From: Gemmatimonadales bacterium
Lineage (GTDB): Bacteria > Gemmatimonadota > Gemmatimonadetes > Gemmatimonadales > GWC2-71-9
Reading direction: 5' to 3'
DNA length: 22,002 nt
Assembly: GCA_038321865.1 (NCBI GenBank)
Contig: JBBQFH010000038.1
Location: 1-22,002, forward strand
In this document: one piece after another, positions 7,863 to 14,051 of the stretch
Layout: the number at the start of each line of letters is the position of its first letter
Numbering within the stretch: the stretch's first letter is position 1
Made by a program: the position numbers and the translations under genes
Notes under the pieces: generated by a model
The model's input: the letters and a program-made list of their open reading frames with translations, nothing else
The model's database searches: none
What the model was told of the DNA's origin: nothing

Positions 7863-9315
7863 TCGCCGCTGGTTCCTCCTGCTCCTGCTCACCTTCGGCT
7901 ATTTCTACCAGGGCGGTTTCGCCAACTCGAATGCGCGGTTCGACCTCGCGCTCTCCATCGCGCTCGGCCACCGGTACGATATCAGCGCGCTCTCCGATAA
8001 CACGATCGACAAGGTGACGGCGCACGGCCTCACCTTCTCGGAGAAGGCTCCGGGCTCAGCGTATGCGGCCTTGTCGGTTCCGCTGATCGCCAGCGCCTTT
8101 GCCGGTCTGGAATCGATACGCCGCCATCCGGCCCTCGCCGACTTCCTGCTCCACCTGTCGACCGTGGCGAGCGTGGGCCTGCTGTCGGCCGCGGCCGCGG
8201 TGGCGTTTCGCCGGCTCCTGTCACAGCTCGCGCGGACGCGCTCGGTCGAATCGTGCTGGCTGATCACCGCGTCGGTCTTCCTGGGGACGCCGCTCTTCGT
8301 CTATTCCACCATGCTGTTCGGGCATGCGCTGGCGGCCGCGTGGCTGGTCATTGGCCTGTATGCCGGTGTACGCGCCGCGCGCGCGCGCCCGGGCGAGGCG
8401 GGCATCACGGCCCATGCAGCGGCAGCCGGCGTCGCGCTCGGGCTGGCGGTGCTGACCGAATATCCCGCGGTGGTGCCGGCGCTCGCGATCGCGAGCGGGG
8501 TGTTGCTCGTCGCCCGACGCCCGGCTCGGCTGCTGCCCGCCATCCCCGGCGGACTCGTCGCGGTCGCACTCCTGATGCTGCATCAGGCGGCCTCCTTTGG
8601 CTCGCCCTTCGCGATCGGGTACGGCAGGCTGGCCGGCACCCAGTTCGGCAGCGGCATGTCCCGCGGCTTCTTCGGAATCGTGGGGCCGGCGCGCGTCCCG
8701 GCGCTGCAGCTGCTCTTCGGCACCTATCGCGGCTTGTATGTCTACGCCCCCGTGCTCGTCGTCGCGTCGCTTGGCTTCTGGTTCTGGCCGCGCCGGCTGC
8801 GCCGCCGCCTCGCGCTCCCGCTCGTCGCCGGCGCGGCTGCCCTCTGGCTGTTGATCGCCGGCTACGCCTACTGGCAAGGGGGTCCCGCGTTCGGTCCCCG
8901 CCACTTGATCCCTGCCATCCCGCTGGTCGGACTTGGCCTCGCGTTTTGGCCGCGCGGCAGGCCCTGGAGCCAGATCCTCGCCGGAGCGAGCGCGGTCTCC
9001 ATTCTGGTCAACCTTGTCGGCACGGCAACGACCCCGTTCGTGAGCGAGTTCGTCTCCGATCCGATCGTAAGTGTCTACCCTCGGCTCGCGGCGGAGGGCG
9101 CCATGTCGATCAATCCGGTCGCGTTCCTGACGCCGGCCACTCAGGTGGACGCCCGCTGGGCGCAGCTCAACCGGTACCCACTGAGCGCTTACAACCTGGG
9201 CGAACGGCTGGGGCTCACCGGCTGGGCTTCGCTGCTGCCGCTCCTCTGCGTCTGGGGCGCCGCGCTTGGAACGGGCAGGGGGCCCGGCCGGACCCGGGCC
9301 GCTCCGTCGGGGTGA
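7852..9315 (+). CDS. Polytopic membrane protein, probable GT-C-fold (ArnT/PMT-like) glycosyltransferase
   Basis: About 10-12 hydrophobic segments; long first loop with acidic residues (NSNARFDLA..DNTIDK..SEKAPG); YSTMLFGH, LAVLTEY, RGLYVYAP and WQGGPAFGPRHLIP motifs resemble GT-C-like families. The function is inferred. Confidence 0.65.
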   Translation: MRSDRRWFLLLLLTFGYFYQGGFANSNARFDLALSIALGHRYDISALSDNTIDKVTAHGLTFSEKAPGSAYAALSVPLIASAFAGLESIRRHPALADFLLHLSTVASVGLLSAAAAVAFRRLLSQLARTRSVESCWLITASVFLGTPLFVYSTMLFGHALAAAWLVIGLYAGVRAARARPGEAGITAHAAAAGVALGLAVLTEYPAVVPALAIASGVLLVARRPARLLPAIPGGLVAVALLMLHQAASFGSPFAIGYGRLAGTQFGSGMSRGFFGIVGPARVPALQLLFGTYRGLYVYAPVLVVASLGFWFWPRRLRRRLALPLVAGAAALWLLIAGYAYWQGGPAFGPRHLIPAIPLVGLGLAFWPRGRPWSQILAGASAVSILVNLVGTATTPFVSEFVSDPIVSVYPRLAAEGAMSINPVAFLTPATQVDARWAQLNRYPLSAYNLGERLGLTGWASLLPLLCVWGAALGTGRGPGRTRAAPSG

Positions 9316-9484
9316 CGGGTGACACAGGCAAAACCGCGCCGATGGTGCGAGATTAGACCCGTCCTGGCCGGTCGTCGTGCTTGCGGCTGCCTGCTGCTGA
9401 TGTCGGCGGCGATCGTGTTCGTCACGCTCGTTCACGGGAACGGGCGCCGTGTTGTCTGACATTCCTCATTCATGGAGGCTGGCT

Positions 9485-9721
9485 GTGCGCAAGCTGACCG
9501 CAGTGATGGCCCTCGCGGCGCTGGTGGCGACGAGTGCCTGCAAGAAGACGGGCGAAGGGGAGTATGAGGTGCAGAAGCCGGTCGTCGGCACCACGACCGA
9601 CACCATCCACACGCCGACCGTGGACGTCGGGACTACGAAGGACACGATCACCGTGCCCAAGGTCACGACCGAGAAGAAGGAAGTAACCGTCCCCACGGTG
9701 GACGTGAACAAGCCGAAGTAA
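9485..9721 (+). CDS. Small lipoprotein with Thr/Val-rich internal repeats
   Basis: GGAGG RBS at 9474-9478 and GTG start; MRKLTAVMALAALVATSA-C lipobox; strongly biased codons; TAA stop followed by a hairpin. Confidence 0.8.
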   Translation: MRKLTAVMALAALVATSACKKTGEGEYEVQKPVVGTTTDTIHTPTVDVGTTKDTITVPKVTTEKKEVTVPTVDVNKPK

Positions 9722-9738
9722 CGATTCCGGCTATGGTG

Positions 9739-9770
9739 ATGGGGCACGCGCCGATCGGCGCGTGCCCCAT
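9739..9770. terminator. Perfect 32-bp palindrome between convergent genes, probable bidirectional terminator or mRNA 3' stabiliser
   Basis: ATGGGGCACGCGCCGA|TCGGCGCGTGCCCCAT; the two arms are exact reverse complements; no strong U-tract on either side. Confidence 0.7.
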
Positions 9771-9778
9771 TGTCGTGA

Positions 9779-10093
9779 CTAGAGCCTGGAGGCCACCGTG
9801 TCCTTGACGGTTTCCGCTGCGTCGGCGACGAGTCCGCGGGCACGTTCGAACATGTGACCACTCGCTTCGCCCAGTTCCGACAACCCCTTCCGCGCCGCCT
9901 TGACCGTGCCGGCCACCTTGCGTTTGAGCCCCCCGGACTTTTTCACCTTGCCGCCTGGCTTCGCCGCGGCGCGCTTTTTTGCGGGCGCCTTGCGCGGCGC
10001 CGCCCGTCCCGTCGCCTTCTTTCGGGAGGGCTTCCTGGCGGCGGCCTTCTTGCCGACGGTTTTCTTCTTTGCAGCCTTGCGCGTGGTGGCCAT
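9779..10093 (-). CDS. Histone H1-like Lys/Ala/Arg-rich basic protein with C-terminal amphipathic helix
   Basis: MATTRKAAKKKTVGKKAAARKPSRKKATGRAAPRKAPAKKRAAAKP...; GAGG RBS before the ATG at 10093; 104 aa. Confidence 0.8.
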   Translation of the reverse strand: MATTRKAAKKKTVGKKAAARKPSRKKATGRAAPRKAPAKKRAAAKPGGKVKKSGGLKRKVAGTVKAARKGLSELGEASGHMFERARGLVADAAETVKDTVASRL

Positions 10094-10195
10094 GAGCGCC
10101 TCGGTTGAATGGAAAGCCTCGCGACCTGCCGAACCCGATGGAACATGCGGGTCCCGGCGATCGCCCGCGGTGCGGAACGTCACCAAGCGGTCAGG

Positions 10196-11293
10196 TCAGC
10201 GGACCCGGTCCGTCAGCGCGCGTACCGAATCGGCGGCGAGCTGGCCGTGCAGAAAGAGTTGTACGTCACCCACGACGATGCCGCCGCGCGCCGCCGCCGC
10301 TCCGCCGGCGACCCGTTGCTGGTCGAGGTAGAATAGCTGACCGTCTCGGTCCTGGTAGACCGCCCGGACGACGTTTCGGGCCGGGTCCGCGCCAGGCACG
10401 AGTCGGCCGGGCAGGAGTCCGACCGCCTTGGGCCGGAGCCCGTCGATTCCATGCAGCGCGCTGCCGAGCTCCCGCCTGACTTCGTCGAGGCCGATCCGGC
10501 TCGCCAGCTGGGCGCGGGTATCAATGGTCGGCTCAGGTGCGGGTGGCGGCGCCGCCGGCGCGGGACTGCTCGCGTCGTTCACCGCCGGCTGAGCGGCGGC
10601 CTCGGCTCGCGCGGGCTCTGCGGCGCGCTGCAGCGACGCCACCTGTCCCGCCGCCGCCTTCGCGGCAACGGTGTTCGAGGGAGCTGTCTCCCGGTCGGCA
10701 GCCTGGCGGGCCTCGGGCGCGGGCTGGTCAGCGCGCATCCGCTCGCTCGCCAGCAGCACTGGCCTTGAGGCCGGCGTGTCCACCGCGGCGGCTGGGGCTG
10801 CCGCAAGCGGAGGAGCCATGCTGGAGGCGCGGGTGGCCGAGTCGCTCGCCGCCGTTGCGGCCGTGGGGAGGGTGGCGATCGTTGTTCGCGAAGCGTCGTC
10901 TTGCTCGTCGGTGCGGGCCCGGACGACCAGATAGCCAGCGCCCGCCAATACGGCAATACCGGCCGCCCAGAAGTAACTCCGTGACCGCGTCCGTTCCCAC
11001 CGCGGCTGCTGGGAGGCGCTGGGCATGAGGACGACCGGTGCGCCAGGCGTGATGCCTGCGGCCGGCGGAGCTTCGACCTCAGCGCGAAGATCCTCTTCCT
11101 CGAGGGGCCAGTGCCGCACGTCATCGAGCGATGCGACGGCGCGATCGGATTCCGCCACGAAACGCTGCGCCTCCTCGTACCGGCGGAGACACTCCGCGCA
11201 CTCGCCGACATGCCCCCGCACGCGCTCAGCCTCGGCGGCATCGAGCTCGCCGTCGAGCAGGGCGTGAATGGTGCCTTCGTCAGGATGCGGCAT
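10196..11293 (-). CDS. Zinc-finger (zf-HC2/ZAS) transmembrane anti-sigma factor
   Basis: MPHPDEGTIHALLDGEL...HVGECAEC (HxxxCxxC); one TM helix (YFWAAGIAVLAGAGYLVV); Ala/Pro-rich linker and small C-terminal domain; GAGGAG RBS; start overlaps the sigma gene by 14 nt. Confidence 0.88.
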   Translation of the reverse strand: MPHPDEGTIHALLDGELDAAEAERVRGHVGECAECLRRYEEAQRFVAESDRAVASLDDVRHWPLEEEDLRAEVEAPPAAGITPGAPVVLMPSASQQPRWERTRSRSYFWAAGIAVLAGAGYLVVRARTDEQDDASRTTIATLPTAATAASDSATRASSMAPPLAAAPAAAVDTPASRPVLLASERMRADQPAPEARQAADRETAPSNTVAAKAAAGQVASLQRAAEPARAEAAAQPAVNDASSPAPAAPPPAPEPTIDTRAQLASRIGLDEVRRELGSALHGIDGLRPKAVGLLPGRLVPGADPARNVVRAVYQDRDGQLFYLDQQRVAGGAAAARGGIVVGDVQLFLHGQLAADSVRALTDRVR

Positions 11294-11777
11294 TGGTGCT
11301 CCTCTCGCCGGCGCGGTAGGCCTCGACCAGCCGGCGCCGGGCGCGCGCAAGCGTCGTCCCGATGGCGCCCTTGGCCAGCCCGAGGGTGGCGGCGATCTCG
11401 TCGTAGTTGAACCCCTCGGCCTTGAGCAGCAGCGCTTCACGGTCGCGCTCGGTGAGTGTCGCAAGTGCGGCGCGGACCGCGGCGCGCTCGGCGTCACGCT
11501 CGAATTCGGCATCCGGCGCAGGCGCCGCCGCAGGCGATTCGGCCCGGAGCAGCTGAAGGCGCCGGCCCTGGCGCACCGAGCGGCGGCCGTCCTCGCGAAC
11601 GAGGTTCAGCGCTACCGCGAACAGCCATGGTCGCGGGTTGTTCGGCGGCGCGGCGACGGCACGGGCGAACGTCTCCTGTGCCAGATCCTCCGCACGGTCA
11701 TGATCACCCGTCCGGCGGTACAGCATTCGGACGAGCGACGCATGATACAGCTGAAACAGTTCACCGAGATCGTTCAT
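11280..11777 (-). CDS. ECF RNA polymerase sigma-70 factor
   Basis: Region 2 (RAEDLAQETF...PWLFAVALNLVRE) and region 4 (LTERDREALLL..GFNYDEIAATLG...TLARARRRL); 165 aa; ATG overlaps the VIT-vWA stop (ATGA). Confidence 0.93.
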   Translation of the reverse strand: MNDLGELFQLYHASLVRMLYRRTGDHDRAEDLAQETFARAVAAPPNNPRPWLFAVALNLVREDGRRSVRQGRRLQLLRAESPAAAPAPDAEFERDAERAAVRAALATLTERDREALLLKAEGFNYDEIAATLGLAKGAIGTTLARARRRLVEAYRAGERSTNAAS

Positions 11778-13942
11778 GTACCCCTGAAATTCGCGATCAG
11801 GCTTTCCAGTTCGCCGGCCCGCCACACCGTGGCCCCACCGGCCGCAAACTTGACGCTCATCCTGCGCCCCGCCACCACAACCTGCTCGCCGATACCGGCA
11901 CAGGGCCTCAGCTCGGGCAGCGCCCGCATCAGTGCAAAATACGCCGGGCTGAACGGTGCGACCGTCGTCAGCTTCATCATGTCGCGAAGCGACTGGTCCG
12001 TCCAGACGCCGTCACGGCGTGCGAACACCCGGCCACCGGCCTGCCGTACATCCGGTTGCGCATCACCGCTGCCGGACGGCGCCGCGGCCTTGTCCGCCGC
12101 CGCGATATTCGTTGCCCGGCTCAGCTGCGCGCTGCGGCTCGCCGCCTCGAACGCGACGCGCCCGCTCTGCGCGGCTGGGGCGGATGCCGGGCCGATGAAC
12201 TCCCGGCGCACACCCTGCACGGCGACCGGCACGGGCTCCTGCACCAGGTATGAAGAATATTCGGTCAGGATGCCATAGCGCAGTCCCAGGTCGCGAACCT
12301 GGTCCACCAGCGCACCTGACGCACCCTCGAGACGGATCTGCCGCGTTAGATCTCCGATCCGCCGGGAGGCCCAGAGGCGGGGCACGAACTCGTTGGACGG
12401 CTCGTTCCGCGGGAAGCGCGCCTCGGCGGTGAAACGCTCCCGGTGTCCGTTCCGCTCACCCTCGATCACGAGCGCACCTTCCCCCTCGCCCTGATAGCGG
12501 CCGAGCACCACCAGCTCCTCGCCATAGAAGAGGTCCGGCAGGGTGCCAGGCGACGAGTCCTCGAGCCGCACGGGCGCGCTCACCACCCGCAGGTTGATCA
12601 GCGCCGGATACCGCATCTTTCCGAGCAGGCCGCCGACCGCCGTCTCGACGCTCGCGTTGGGCGATACGTACTCGGCGCTGCCGTGTCCCTCGGCGGCAAG
12701 GCGGTCGAGCAAATACGTGTTGACGTCGTGGCCCACGCCGACGGTGAAGATCCGGGTGCCGCGGCTCCGGCGTGCTGCCTCGTCGGCCAGATGGTCGGGC
12801 GCCTGCTCGCCCACAGAGGGGAGGCCGTCGGTCATGAAGACTACCATGCCGAGCCGGCCTTCGGCCGCCGGCGTGTCCAGCGCCGCGTCGAGCGCGCCCT
12901 GAATGTTGGTTCCCCCATCGGCCTGCAGTGCCTCCACGAACGTGCGCGCGGCGGTGACGTTGTCGGGAGCCGCGGCGACGAAGCTCTCCCGGAAGCTGCG
13001 CACCGCGGAGGAGAAGGCGATCACCCGGAAGCGGTCCGCCGGCGCCAGGGTACCGAGGGCCTGCGTCAGCCCCGCCTTCGCCTGCTCCAGCTTGGTGCCG
13101 GACATGGACCCGGAGATATCGACCACCAGCGTCACATCGCGCGGCACCGCGGCCGCGGGAGCGATAGGCGGCGGCGAGAGGAGCAGCATGTAGTGTCCCC
13201 CCTCTGCGGCGGAGGCGTGCGCGACGACGCTGGTACCCACCGTTTCCCCGTTGAGGGGAAGGAACACCTCCACGTCGCCGCCAGCCGATGCATCGACCTG
13301 CACGTCCAGGCGGCCCGCCGAGCGGCGCGACGTCACCGGATGGGTTGGCGAGAATGGCGATCCGAACCGAGCGGCATCGGCGACACCGATGCGAAAGGTC
13401 GGCGACTCCTCTGCCGGCCCGCGGTCGCCACTGGCATAGCGGAGCCGGAGCGCGTTCCCGGCGCGATCCAGCAGGTGGGTGTAGCGAAGCACGACTTTGC
13501 GCACCTCGCCCGGAGCGATGGGGAAGACTTGCGCGCGGACGAGCCCGTGCCCCGCGAGTGTCAGGAGCGCCGGGTCGCGACGCCGGCGCACGATCTCGTC
13601 GTAGATGCCGCGCGCCTGCTCCGCGGTCATGACCTCGCCCTTGAGTTCCTGTGCTCCGGCCCAGAGCGAGAAATTCTGGAACACGGCTTCGCCGGGGAGC
13701 GGGTAGAGATAGCTGCCCTCGGCAAGTGCAGCGCCGTTGTTGCGGAACCGCTCTTCGACTTCCACTCGAGCGACGCGGCCCTCCACCGAGACGGACACAC
13801 GCGAACCGACCCGGGTGATGCCGCCGATCGGCGCGATCCGGTTCGGCGGGCGTTCCATTTCGATCCATCCCTGGGCCTGAAGCGGTGCGGTTGTGGCCAC
13901 GGCAGCCAGGATGGCCGCCGGGCGCAGGGCGCTGCGGAACAT
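11774..13942 (-). CDS. Secreted VIT + von Willebrand factor A domain protein (inter-alpha-trypsin inhibitor heavy chain-like)
   Basis: Sec signal MFRSALRPAAILAAVATTAPLQA-Q; VIT domain (VARVEVEERFRN..EGSYLYPLP..ARGIYDEIV..DPALL); MIDAS motif DISGS, GGTNI, FMTDG; GGGAGG RBS before ATG 13942. Confidence 0.9.
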   Translation of the reverse strand: MFRSALRPAAILAAVATTAPLQAQGWIEMERPPNRIAPIGGITRVGSRVSVSVEGRVARVEVEERFRNNGAALAEGSYLYPLPGEAVFQNFSLWAGAQELKGEVMTAEQARGIYDEIVRRRRDPALLTLAGHGLVRAQVFPIAPGEVRKVVLRYTHLLDRAGNALRLRYASGDRGPAEESPTFRIGVADAARFGSPFSPTHPVTSRRSAGRLDVQVDASAGGDVEVFLPLNGETVGTSVVAHASAAEGGHYMLLLSPPPIAPAAAVPRDVTLVVDISGSMSGTKLEQAKAGLTQALGTLAPADRFRVIAFSSAVRSFRESFVAAAPDNVTAARTFVEALQADGGTNIQGALDAALDTPAAEGRLGMVVFMTDGLPSVGEQAPDHLADEAARRSRGTRIFTVGVGHDVNTYLLDRLAAEGHGSAEYVSPNASVETAVGGLLGKMRYPALINLRVVSAPVRLEDSSPGTLPDLFYGEELVVLGRYQGEGEGALVIEGERNGHRERFTAEARFPRNEPSNEFVPRLWASRRIGDLTRQIRLEGASGALVDQVRDLGLRYGILTEYSSYLVQEPVPVAVQGVRREFIGPASAPAAQSGRVAFEAASRSAQLSRATNIAAADKAAAPSGSGDAQPDVRQAGGRVFARRDGVWTDQSLRDMMKLTTVAPFSPAYFALMRALPELRPCAGIGEQVVVAGRRMSVKFAAGGATVWRAGELESLIANFRGT

Positions 13943-13994
13943 GGTCCCTCCCGTTTTGGAGACGGGCAGGAGATGCGGCGCGTCCGGAGACTTG

Positions 13995-14021
13995 CACACG
14001 GCCACGCGTGTACCCTGTTGC
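13995..14021 (-). promoter_or_regulatory. Candidate ECF-sigma promoter (AAC-N16-CGT) upstream of the VIT-vWA/sigma/anti-sigma unit
   Basis: Minus strand reads GCAAC-agggtacacgcgtggc-CGTGTG. This matches only the short generic ECF consensus and could be chance. Confidence 0.3.
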
Positions 14022-14051
14022 GGCCGGTGCACCGCGCTACATTTTTCAGGT

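Noticed and set aside
9437..9459. GGAAC...GTCTGA sigmaE-like promoter upstream of the lipoprotein
   Set aside because: Spacing is only 12 nt, too short for an ECF promoter.
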